From Ignavibacteriota bacterium (GTDB lineage: Bacteria; Bacteroidota; Ignavibacteria; UBA10030; CAVZMI01): 64,000 nt of DNA. Made by a program: the position numbers and the translations under genes. The DNA lies in the NCBI GenBank assembly GCA_963776275.1, contig CAVZMI010000007.1:1-64000 (forward strand), given 5' to 3'. How positions within the stretch are numbered: the first letter of the stretch is position 1; each line of letters begins with the position of its first letter. The notes below the pieces were generated by a model that ran no database searches, was not told the DNA's origin, and was given only the letters and a program-made list of their open reading frames with translations. Below, piece by piece: positions 20,776-30,406 of this stretch.

Positions 20776-21840
20776 TTATTGGACTACAGATACCACGTAT
20801 GGCTGTTGATTTTTCAACACAAAGCGTATACGATTTAACAGTTTTCGAGCAATACGGATAATTGCTTGATTCTTCGGCATACGCTTCGCTAATGTCGTAA
20901 ATGCCAGAAGCAGTGCCGGGTCTTTTCTGACAGCGATCCAGGCACTTTCAATCAATGCCGAGCGCAGTATCGCGTTCTGACGACGGGTTATTCCAGTAGT
21001 GATCTCCCGATCTCCGCTGGAATGTTCGCCTGGAATCATGCCGACGTACGATGCCAATTGATCAAGGTTTTTGAAACGATCGAGCGTTACAAGTTCTGTT
21101 AAAAATGTCATTGCCGTCAATATACTGATGCCGGGGATGGTAATGAGATTGCAGACATGAACATGATATCGTTCTTCACGTGCTAATGATCGGATTGAAT
21201 TTGTCAGCTGAAGTATACATTGTCGAAGGTGGAAGAGCTCATCGAGCAATATCCTTAGCGATTGATTCCCGCTGTCATGCTCTAATGAAATACTCTGAAG
21301 CCATGTGATAAATCTTCGGGTCCAGTTGTAAGCGTTTAGATTCTCTGGAATCGTGATTCCATAAAAACTTAGAAGTGCTTTTATCTGATTCTTACAGCGC
21401 GTTTGCTTGTTGACCAGGAATTGACGCGTTCGAACCAGTGAACGATCTTCGAGAGCGATGCGAGAAGGGATATAAATTGAATGCAGGTCGCACGAGCGCA
21501 GACTTCGTGCAAGTTTACGAGCGTCAATGCGATCGGTTTTGTGACTCGATTCTTTATTGGTTGTCGGAACATCAGCAGGATTAACGACCAGACAATCGAT
21601 GCCCTGGTTTGCGAGTTGATCGTGGATCCAAAAACCCCAACGACCGGCTTCGTAAACACAGTGGTAGTGAGCACCAGGAAAATTGCGCTTCAAGTAGCTG
21701 ACCAGCACATGAACCAAGGGTGGCTGGGTGAATGTTTTGTGTTCGACATGTTCTGTGAAGATCGAAACCTTCCAGCTGGTTTTACCGGTGTCGAGACCGA
21801 TATAGATGTGCTGATTGGCGAAATTAGGCGTAGTATTCAT
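20776..21840 (-). CDS. IS110-family DEDD transposase/recombinase
   Basis: IGLD, YEAG and KTDRIDA catalytic residues; IPGI, LASYVG..P.EHSSG and IARKL motifs. Confidence 0.95.
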   Translation of the reverse strand: MNTTPNFANQHIYIGLDTGKTSWKVSIFTEHVEHKTFTQPPLVHVLVSYLKRNFPGAHYHCVYEAGRWGFWIHDQLANQGIDCLVVNPADVPTTNKESSHKTDRIDARKLARSLRSCDLHSIYIPSRIALEDRSLVRTRQFLVNKQTRCKNQIKALLSFYGITIPENLNAYNWTRRFITWLQSISLEHDSGNQSLRILLDELFHLRQCILQLTNSIRSLAREERYHVHVCNLITIPGISILTAMTFLTELVTLDRFKNLDQLASYVGMIPGEHSSGDREITTGITRRQNAILRSALIESAWIAVRKDPALLLAFTTLAKRMPKNQAIIRIARKLLNRIRFVLKNQQPYVVSVVQ

Positions 21841-22027
21841 TTGAGACCTCGTGTTGTGGCTATATGTTACTTTCACTAAATTATACACAGATTATTTTCA
21901 CTGTGCTTTTTTAACATAAGGTCTCAATACCGCCACGGTGCAGGTATTGAATGAGTCATTTGCAATATCCCGTAGCGGTACTGCGTAACCACGCGACACG
22001 TTATGTGAAAATGGCCGCACACATCAT

Positions 22028-22056
22028 TTGATTTAAACCCGATACAATCGTAACTT
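22028..22056 (+). promoter_or_regulatory. Putative promoter of the restriction endonuclease gene
   Basis: TTGATT-N17-TAACTT inside the cassette. Confidence 0.4.
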
Positions 22057-22103
22057 GGAAACCGAACGATGCAGTCAGAATCCCCAACCAAACAAAGGAT
22101 GAT

Positions 22104-22748
22104 ATGAAAAGATCAACCCTGCTTGATCAAAAGTATGTCAACCCTAAAGTTAAACTCCCTTATAATCTCACGGTTGACGAGGTAAAAAAAGCTGTATCTG
22201 AAACATATCGATTATTCAATGGTGTTAACAATTTTCTCAAGACAAGCGGTTTCCGCCCGCTCGAAGAATTGCTACTTGGAAACTCGCTTTCTGGAATACT
22301 ATCAGAGTTTCTCGTGAAGAACATCGCAAAGGTATCCCACTCGCTCGTTGCGAATCTCAAGGTAGGCGGTCATCCAGATTTGTTGCCCGAAGGGTATTAT
22401 TCCTCGAACCTTATTCTCAAAGGCGAGGAAGGTATCGAAGTAAAGTCTTCAATTCAAAGAGGAGGCTGGCAGGGACATAACCCAGAAAAATGCTGGTTAA
22501 TGGTTTTCCGTTACGTAGTCGGAAAGCAAGATGACGAGGAAATTGTTCCGTTGAAATTCGTAGAGATTCTGTGTGCTAAGCTAACGAAGAAAGATTGGTC
22601 ATTTTCTGGTCGCAAAGGCGCATCGAGACGAACTCCAACCGCATCAATCACGACATCTGGTGTAGAAAAGCTGCGAAGTAATTTTCTTTACAGATTGCCG
22701 GACTATGGGATCGGCAAGCACCAAAATATTTTAGCTCAACACAAATAG
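22104..22748 (+). CDS. Putative type II restriction endonuclease (PD-(D/E)xK)
   Basis: HPDLL...IEVKSS motif; convergent with and overlapping a DNA methyltransferase gene. Confidence 0.7.
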   Translation: MKRSTLLDQKYVNPKVKLPYNLTVDEVKKAVSETYRLFNGVNNFLKTSGFRPLEELLLGNSLSGILSEFLVKNIAKVSHSLVANLKVGGHPDLLPEGYYSSNLILKGEEGIEVKSSIQRGGWQGHNPEKCWLMVFRYVVGKQDDEEIVPLKFVEILCAKLTKKDWSFSGRKGASRRTPTASITTSGVEKLRSNFLYRLPDYGIGKHQNILAQHK

Positions 22749-23978
22749 GTCTTCTTGCGATTCGACCAATGCCTCTGGAATTGATACACTGCCACCGTTG
22801 GTTGTTGGCAAGACTGCGAGTCGCGGAATTGCTTTCACCGCAATTCGATAAAACTCAGGATCTGATTCGATCCCAATACTCCTGTAACCGACAGCGCAAG
22901 CAGCAGCAATCGTTGAGCCTGCTCCCATGAACGGATCAAGAATGATACCTTGACCAAGCGGCAAGGCTGCCCTTACAATCTGGCGCATAAAAGCTTGTGG
23001 TTTCAATGAAGGATGCGGAGCGATCTCTCGCTCGCCTGTTCTCGTCGGAGAACTTTTAATTACATCGCAGAACGGCTGATTGTCTGAAACCCGATGTAGT
23101 CCGCCTGTTTTCCATTTGCGCAGGTTATCTTGAACTCGACCTTCACACGGCTTTCTAAAAAGGCCCCAAGGTTCCCAACAGGAACGGGGCATAACAGTTA
23201 CATCACTGAATTCTTTGTGTGCGTTCTTTGGCCTGTCTCCACCACGAAGCGTTTGAACCAAGCGAATAATTTCTCCACGCTTCTCAAATCCAGCTTGCTC
23301 GATCGCGTCATACACTATATGAGAGAGCAATGGATTGGTGGCAATGAAAATGTGCCCACCGGGGACAAGAACTTTGTGGGCCTTTTTTGCCCAGTCCAAA
23401 AAGAATCGTTTCAACTCATTCTTCTCTTCTTGGTTGAGCACTGTGAATCTCGGTAAGGGTTGTCGTTCATATCCATCAAGTTTCGGTGGAATTCGCCAGA
23501 CTCCACCATTACCGTTTCGGAGTTTGGCCTTTTCAGTCGATGTGTATTCCTTCAACCCATAAGGTGGATCGGTCACAATTGCGTGGATGCTATTGCTCTT
23601 TCGTTCATCGAGCCATTTAAAACAATCTTTTTGCTCCAATTCATAGTGAGCCTTGTGTGCGGTTGAGACGGCTTTACCGTACTCTCTGAAGGTCTCTCGG
23701 AGAACGGCTGGCGCCGTTACGGGATTTGTATACAATATCTTTTCAATGTCTGAGGGAAGATACCCGGCAAGTATGCCAAGTTTCGTTGAATCCAGTTTGA
23801 GCAACTTTGCAAGTTTCTTAACCATTGTCACTGACGGGACGGTTTTACCGGACTCAATACGAGACATATAGCCTTTTGTGACTTTCAGCCGGGAACTTAG
23901 TTGAGACATAGGTAAATTCAGGTGTTTTCGTTGTTGTCTTACCGCTTCACCGAATTCGATTGTATGAATGGATTTCAT
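22731..23978 (-). CDS. XRE-HTH-fused N4/N6 DNA methyltransferase (beta class)
   Basis: N-terminal HTH (MSQLSSRLKVTKGYMSRIESG); TDPPY precedes HPSLKP and LDPFMGAGST. Confidence 0.88.
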   Translation of the reverse strand: MKSIHTIEFGEAVRQQRKHLNLPMSQLSSRLKVTKGYMSRIESGKTVPSVTMVKKLAKLLKLDSTKLGILAGYLPSDIEKILYTNPVTAPAVLRETFREYGKAVSTAHKAHYELEQKDCFKWLDERKSNSIHAIVTDPPYGLKEYTSTEKAKLRNGNGGVWRIPPKLDGYERQPLPRFTVLNQEEKNELKRFFLDWAKKAHKVLVPGGHIFIATNPLLSHIVYDAIEQAGFEKRGEIIRLVQTLRGGDRPKNAHKEFSDVTVMPRSCWEPWGLFRKPCEGRVQDNLRKWKTGGLHRVSDNQPFCDVIKSSPTRTGEREIAPHPSLKPQAFMRQIVRAALPLGQGIILDPFMGAGSTIAAACAVGYRSIGIESDPEFYRIAVKAIPRLAVLPTTNGGSVSIPEALVESQEDLFVLS

Positions 23979-24006
23979 AGCTAGATTCCTTTCGATTCCG
24001 ATGGAT

Positions 24007-24037
24007 AATATAATACAGTTTACCAAATTAGTCAACT
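24007..24037 (-). promoter_or_regulatory. Methyltransferase promoter with overlapping palindromic operator
   Basis: TTGACT-N17-TATATT on the minus strand, overlapped by the AGTTTAC-N7-GTCAACT inverted repeat. Confidence 0.55.
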
Positions 24038-24071
24038 ATGCAGCGCAAATGAGAATGCGTGCCGCCACATC

Positions 24072-24162
24072 ATATAACACAGCATAAAATGTCGTGATTA
24101 ACAGCACTCACCCAAATCCTTCGCTAACACGCAGGACTTCTTTTATGCTGGGAACGTTACCT
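24072..24162 (+). repeat. attC-like site
   Basis: ATATAAC-A-CAGCATAAAA ... TTTTATGCTG-GGAAC-GTTACCT (perfect 10-bp arms). Confidence 0.75.
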
Positions 24163-24369
24163 GAAATGTTCAAGTAAAAAAAAGCCATAAAAGCGATACC
24201 AAAAATAAATATTCAAACAAAATTATCAATGTATACAAATTGGAATGAAATCAGTGCTGTCCAAAATAGATTATTATAAGTTGATAATCCCTTCAAATAT
24301 GTTGCTTAAGGTATAAGTATTTCGATCTATAAATTGGGGCCATAGAACAAAAATGGCCATTTCCATAAT

Positions 24370-24575
24370 AAATAATTCCTTGATGACAAAATCGCTGGCG
24401 TGTAGCGGGAAGAAGGGAGGCCGTGTGTTGGCGCAATTTCGTGTGTTTCGATCGAGGCTTATAAAAGCTATCGACTGAATATCTCTTAGATTAAAGGCCG
24501 AGATCGACGGACTCGAATGTGCCATCTCAACAGCGCGTGCTGGTGGCCATCTCACGTGGGTTGCGATTTTGTCAG
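24370..24575. repeat. MITE-like element, copy 2
   Basis: Reverse-complement homolog of 5351..5640 with TGACAAAATCGC/GCGATTTTGTCA ends. Confidence 0.7.
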
Positions 24576-24737
24576 GCTTTCTTTCTGTCCCTTTCTTTCC
24601 AGAAAGAAAGGGACAAAATACTCTTGCTCTTTCTGCGATGTATTATGGACAAGTCTGAAATGAAATAATATATAAGAAGAATTTTAGCAGGAAAAGAAGG
24701 TTGTAAAAAGCATACTAAACTTACCAGCTGTCGAAAC

Positions 24738-24766
24738 TTGCATTTTCTCCAGTACTTCCTTACGTT
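24738..24766 (+). promoter_or_regulatory. Repeated sigma70-type promoter, copy 2
   Basis: TTGCAT-N17-TACGTT, 45 bp upstream of the CotH gene. Confidence 0.75.
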
Positions 24767-24811
24767 CCTACATATTGAGAGGCAACCGATATACAAATTG
24801 AGGGAGATTGT

Positions 24812-27800
24812 ATGTATCATCGAGGTATGACATTTCTGTATTCGGCCATTTTATTAATTGCATCATGTTCGATTGTCTTATCACAACAAGTTTTGGACGA
24901 GCCGACTTTTTCTTCAGAGAGGGGATTTTACGCAAATAAATTTACATTGGAGATCGCATACAATTCCCCCGGAGCAACCATTAAATATACCAGAGATGGA
25001 ACAAACCCATATACATCATCGACAGCTAAAAATCAATCTTCACCGGCTATTCTCACCATCGATCCGACAGATACACTGGATAGGGATCGGGCACCGGGTG
25101 TTGTAATAAGGGCCTGTGCCGTGAAGGATGGAATACTGTTGACGAAAGTAGCGACTCATACATTTTTATTCATTGATAAGATAGAAGAACTTTCTCCTGA
25201 TAGCAAAAAGCCGGGGCCCTCCTGGCCTAACCCGAATCCCGGCACACAATTTACACAACAGGGGATGGACTACGGTATGGATCCCGACGTCCTGCATGAC
25301 CTTCGATACCGGAATAAAATTAAAGATGCATTGTTATCCATTCCGACCATTTCGCTGGTCACCGATCTGAAGAATCTATTTGATCCGGACTCGGGGATTT
25401 ATATGAACGCGCTTCCTCACGGTCGTGAGTGGGAAAGGCAAACATCCGTCGAGTTATTGAATCCGGACGGGACCACCGGTTTTCAAATTGATGCCGGCCT
25501 GCGCATCCGTGGGGCATGGGGAAGAACCGGAATTAATTTTAAACATGCCTTCCGTCTTTTTTTCAGAAAAGAATATGGTGAAGCAAAATTACGCTATCCC
25601 TTGTTCGGAGATGAAGGAGTGACGGAATTCGACAATGTCGATCTCAGAACAAGCCAGAATTATTCCTGGGCTTTCTACGGCGACCCTGAAGGTCGGAAAA
25701 ATACAGAACTCCGGGAAGTTTTTTCCAGGGATACACAAAGAGATATGGGACAGCCTTACACGCGAAGCCGCTATTATCATTTATATATCAACGGCACCTA
25801 TTGGGGACTCTATCAGACTCAGGAAAGATCTGAAGCCTCTTTTGGTGCATCATATTTAGGCGGTTCCAGTGCAGACTATGATGTCATAAAAGTCAACGTC
25901 ACAGACAGCCTGAGTATTCCCAATTATCATATTGAAGCCACCGATGGTAATTTAGATACCTATCAACGACTCTGGGAAATGGCCACAGCCGGTTTTAATA
26001 CCGATGAATCCTATTACAGCGTACAGGGCCTGAATCCCGACGGCTCAAGAAATCCTGAATACCCCATCCTGGTAGATATAGATAATCTGATCGATTTCAT
26101 GCTCTGTACCATCTATGTTTGTGACCCCGATCGTTCGTACAGCCGGTGGAATCCCAAACAATTTCTACGGGTTATACGACAGAAATGGGGATCGGGGTTT
26201 CGTTTTTTTCAGGCACGATGCGGAACACAGTCTCATGTACCCCGAGGTCGACAATACTGTTCAGACGAGCATCGGTATGGAGTTCAGACATTTCAATCCT
26301 CGATGGCTGCATCAACGACTCAGTTATCATCCCGATTACCGTCTTAAATTTTTCGACCGTGTATACAAACATTTATTCAACAACGGTGCTCTGACGCTCC
26401 AGGCTTGCCGGAACCGGTTTCTGGATAGAAAACAACAAATGGACGAAGCTATTATTGCCGAATCGGCCCGTTGGGGAGATGCACATTCCGATATTCCCAG
26501 AACAAGAGACGACGACTGGCTGCCTGAAGTAAATTGGGTTGTCGATCAATTCTTTCCCACGCGCGTAGATAATATGCTGAAGCAATTAAGAGCTCAGAAA
26601 TTGTATCCCGATTTCAATCCGCCTGTTTTTAATCTGACGGGCGGCAAAGTCTCAAAGGGAACAGTCCTTACCATAGATACAACAGAAGGCCCCGTCTATT
26701 ATACGGTGGATGGGAATGATACCCGCATGCCTTCGTCGCTGCAGAAATCATATCAAACAATAGTGGTTCCACGAAATGCGGAAAAACGCGTTCTTGTTCC
26801 TGTTGCTAAAGTAGACATTAAATGGAGATATGATCTCAAATTCAACGATGCTTCATGGACGTTGTGCAACAATTCTCCGGGTGGTATCGGATATGATCTT
26901 GGATCTAAATATGACGATCTGATATCGTTCGACATTAAAAAACAAATGTATAATGTGAACAGCACGTGTATGATTCGAATCCCTTTCGAAGTGACCCAGG
27001 AACAACTGAATGATTTTAGTTATATGACGCTACGAGTGCAGTACGATGATGGATTTATTGCATATCTCAATAATAGTAGCCCGATACTGATTCGAAATTT
27101 TTCCGGTGGCGTCAACTGGAATTCTACTGCCAACAAGACGAATGACGGTAAATTCATCGAGTCTATTGACATCACCCCATATTTATCGAAACTCGTTCCA
27201 GGTAAGAATCTGCTCGGGATTCAAGCCGTGAATATTGCTCCCGCAGACTCTGATTTTCTTATATCCGTCGAATTGATTGCGGGAAATCCCGTGAAATCCA
27301 GCAGTCCCATTTCACCCAGTGCAATTGCCTATAAGGGACCTATAACGATAGACCATACAACCAAAATTAAAGCTAGGGTCTATAAGGATGAGAAGTGGAG
27401 TGCACTCAACGAGGTTGCCTTATGGGTACCTGAAGGAAATGACAATCTGAAAATATCGGAGATCCATTACCACCCGCTGGGCGAAGAAGGGATCGATGAA
27501 AAGGAGTTCGAATTTATAGAACTTAAAAATGCGGGTACGGCATCGCTCAATTTGAGCGGAATGACATTTTCAAAGGGAATAGAATATACGTTCCCCTCAG
27601 GGACAATCATCGAGCCCGACTCTTTTCTCGTTCTGGCATCCAATGCCCAAGTATTTGAGACCCGTTATCCATTTGCTCCCGATGGCGAATATAACGGACA
27701 ACTGGATAATGGAGGAGAAACCATTATTTTACAGACGAGCAAAGGTGATACAATTATTAATCTGACATACGACAATAATTATCCATGGCCTCACTCACCG

Positions 27801-28214
27801 GATGGATCGGGGTATTCTCTTGTCCGTAAGCCGGAGAGATTATACGACGATGAGAATGATCCTTCCGGCTGGTGCAGCTCTGTCTATATACACGGGAATC
27901 CGGGCTTTAATAACGACGCCGATTCGGTCTTTCGAAAAGAAATAATCCCCGGTAAATTCCGTCTTCTTCAAAATTATCCCAATCCATTCAATCTATTGAC
28001 GATAATTTCATTCAGTCTTCCATCACGGTGTTTTGTGACTTTGAAAGTATTTGATCTGATTGGAAGAGAAGTGGCAACTATCGTCTCGGAAGAACTGTCA
28101 CCCAATACCTATATACGACAATGGAATGCGAAAGGTTTGGCAAGCGGAATCTATTTCTATCAGCTTCGAGCGGGGAATTATATTGAAACCAGGAAATTAG
28201 TTTTACTAAAGTAA
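24812..28214 (+). CDS. CotH-kinase family protein with Fn3-like and lamin-tail domains and T9SS CTD (frameshift near 26125-26140)
   Basis: IKYTRDGTNP, GLRIRG, HLYINGTYWGLY...ER, AESARWGD, ISEIHYHP...EFIELKN and QNYPNPFN, across ORFs 24812..26347 and 26115..28214. Confidence 0.8.
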
Positions 28215-28252
28215 CACGTACGACTTTATAAGTCTCTTTTCCAACGAATTTA

Positions 28253-28281
28253 TTGCTTTTTTTCTACCAATTTCGTACAAT
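28253..28281 (+). promoter_or_regulatory. Putative sigma70 promoter
   Basis: TTGCTT-N17-TACAAT. Confidence 0.5.
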
Positions 28282-28544
28282 TATCAAACAGATCTAGTCT
28301 ACACTGTCAGCAACTCTAACTACTATCAGAAAAAGTTCAAAAAATATACAAAAGTAAAATCAAAAAGTCTTTTGAATACGATGTGGATTATTTCTCACAG
28401 TTCTTGATGTAAGAACTGTAACCTTTCCCGGCCACTTCGCCCGATACTATGTAAAAAGATCAGCATAGTGTAAACCGGACACCTGTATATCGAAATCGAG
28501 ATATGTAATGTAGTGCCATAAACCAATAACTAAGGGAGGCCGTT

Positions 28545-29132
28545 ATGAATTCAATTACAAGATTTAACTCCGTGCTCTTAACTCTTCTGACAATTGCCTT
28601 ATTTCTCTCTTTCACATCATCTTCGACTGCTCAAGAGTCAAAGAGATTTGCTTTAAAGGGAACAACGGAGCTGGGCGGCAGTATTTCATTCGTAAGTAGT
28701 ACGTCTGTCACTAATGGTAATACCGCCAGCAATGCCAGCACAGTCTTTTCTGTTGCTCCATTCATAGGGTACTTTGTCGCCGACGGATTTGAGATTGGCC
28801 TGAATCCGTTTGGTATCACCTCGATCAGTTACGCTGGCAGCTCTGTTACTCAGATTACGATTCTTGGTGCCCTATCTTACAACTTTAAAACCGAAGGAAT
28901 TACATACCCATTTATCGAGGCCTTGTTTGGATATACTTCACAAACCGATGGCTCATCGAGAAGCGGCTTCAGTTGGGGAGGACGTGCCGGAGTCAAGCTT
29001 GCCGTAACGGATAAGTGCCTTTTAAACCTCGGCGTTCAGTATTTGCTGATAACGCTTAATCCAAGCGGTGCATCGAATCGCTATGGAAGCAATCAACTTG
29101 CTATCTCTGCGGGATTTACAGTATGGTTTTGA
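28545..29132 (+). CDS. Outer-membrane beta-barrel protein
   Basis: Signal peptide, amphipathic strands, C-terminal GFTVWF; GGAGG RBS. Confidence 0.8.
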   Translation: MNSITRFNSVLLTLLTIALFLSFTSSSTAQESKRFALKGTTELGGSISFVSSTSVTNGNTASNASTVFSVAPFIGYFVADGFEIGLNPFGITSISYAGSSVTQITILGALSYNFKTEGITYPFIEALFGYTSQTDGSSRSGFSWGGRAGVKLAVTDKCLLNLGVQYLLITLNPSGASNRYGSNQLAISAGFTVWF

Positions 29133-29192
29133 TGAATGAATCTCCCGCAATAGTCTGATGCTGACATTTGTTACCCAAGCATGCTGCATAGC

Positions 29193-29364
29193 ACATAACG
29201 CCGAAAAAATTCAACGTACACTAATTTTTTTCCGGGGGCACGCAGCAAATTCAATGACAAAAATGCGTTTCCTTTTATCTTGAGGTTTAAATATCGGGTG
29301 TGGTTGCTATAACTACCGTGCCGATATTACCAAGGGGAGTGCGTAACCACAGCGGACGTTATAA
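29193..29364 (+). repeat. Degenerate or hybrid attC-like site
   Basis: ACATAAC at 29193. GCGTAACCACAGCGGAC-GTTATAA at 29341-29364 resembles the right arm at 21983-22006. The two arms do not pair well. Confidence 0.45.
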
Positions 29365-29391
29365 TTATAGCATAACAAGAAATCATATTTT

Positions 29392-29979
29392 ATGTCGTTC
29401 CGTTGGAAATCAAAATCATCCATGATTATTAAACGATTAATGATCATTTTAATTCTATGGCTCTTCATTCACTTTTGTTTTCTTATGTATTTCGGTCTTA
29501 ACGATAAAATAAATTATTCAGACGCAGCGGTAATTTATGGACATCAAGTCGAAAACGATGGGTCTCCTTCCAGGAGATTAAAAAGCAGATTGGATCGTGC
29601 AATTGAACTATACAACAAAGGATTTTATAAGTACATAATAGTAAGCGGCCGCATCGATATTAACAGACATGATGAAGCAAAAGTCATGGCTGAGTACCTG
29701 GTCTCAAATGGCATTCCAAAAGATGTAATCGTTGAAGACAATACCGGATTTAACTCTTACTTAACGGCATTAAATGTCCAAAAAATATCCCGACGTTATG
29801 ATATCAAGAGTGTACTGGTAATTTCTCAGTATTATCATATTTTACGCATTAAATTATCGTTCTATAAAATTGGAATGACAAATGTAAACCATGCTCATGC
29901 CATAATGTTTCCCGAAAGCCGTGATTTTTATTACATACCGAGAGAAATTATTGGATTCTACGCTTACTTGATTAAGTGA
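29392..29979 (+). CDS. YdcF/DUF218 family protein
   Basis: AAVIYG...RLDRAIELY, IIVSG, EAKVMAEYL and SQYYHILR motifs. Confidence 0.85.
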   Translation: MSFRWKSKSSMIIKRLMIILILWLFIHFCFLMYFGLNDKINYSDAAVIYGHQVENDGSPSRRLKSRLDRAIELYNKGFYKYIIVSGRIDINRHDEAKVMAEYLVSNGIPKDVIVEDNTGFNSYLTALNVQKISRRYDIKSVLVISQYYHILRIKLSFYKIGMTNVNHAHAIMFPESRDFYYIPREIIGFYAYLIK

Positions 29980-30047
29980 AAGGGCAAGACCATGAAGAAA
30001 TGTAGTTGGATTATTGCTGCAGCTCTTCTCATTGGATTTGTGCAACT

Positions 30048-30239
30048 AAAGAGTCCCTCGTAAAATTAAGTGTGTACGATATCCTCGGAAGGAAAATAAA
30101 AGTAATTCTAGAGGAAAAGAAACCGATGGGAATTTATCATTACACTTTTGACGGCTCTCAATTATCTAGCGGCGTTTATTTCTATCGCCTTCAAGCCGGG
30201 AATTTAAATGAGACGAGAAAAATGGTTTTAATGAAATAA
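30048..30239 (+). pseudogene. Orphan T9SS C-terminal domain fragment
   Basis: VKLSVYDILGRKI...LSSGVYFYRLQAG..ETRKMVLMK, lacking the YPNPFN start and any cargo. Confidence 0.7.
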
Positions 30240-30406
30240 CTCTGCCGAAATTCTAATATCATTCTATAAATGAAAAAATAGTCGATTACCCATCGACACA
30301 GTAATCAAGTCATTGAAGATTTGAAGAATAATTTGTATGTTGAAAGAGTAAAATTACGATCGTTTGGATTTTCATACAGGATCGGTACCATGAAAGGAAG
30401 GCTGAA

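Larger units (their letters stand above)
20483..21924 (-). mobile_element. IS110 family, IS1111-type insertion sequence
   Basis: CT core at both ends (20483-84, 21923-24); sub-terminal inverted repeats TTATG(T)TAAAAAAGCA at 20486-20500 and 21904-21919; long non-coding region 3' of the transposase. Confidence 0.88.
20407..22006 (+). repeat. attC-like site (family B) interrupted by an IS110 element (halves 20407..20484 and 21923..22006)
   Basis: GCATAAT-A-CGCGTGGTTAC (20415-20425) pairs perfectly with GTAACCACGCG (21985-21995), followed by ACAC-GTTATGT. Confidence 0.75.
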
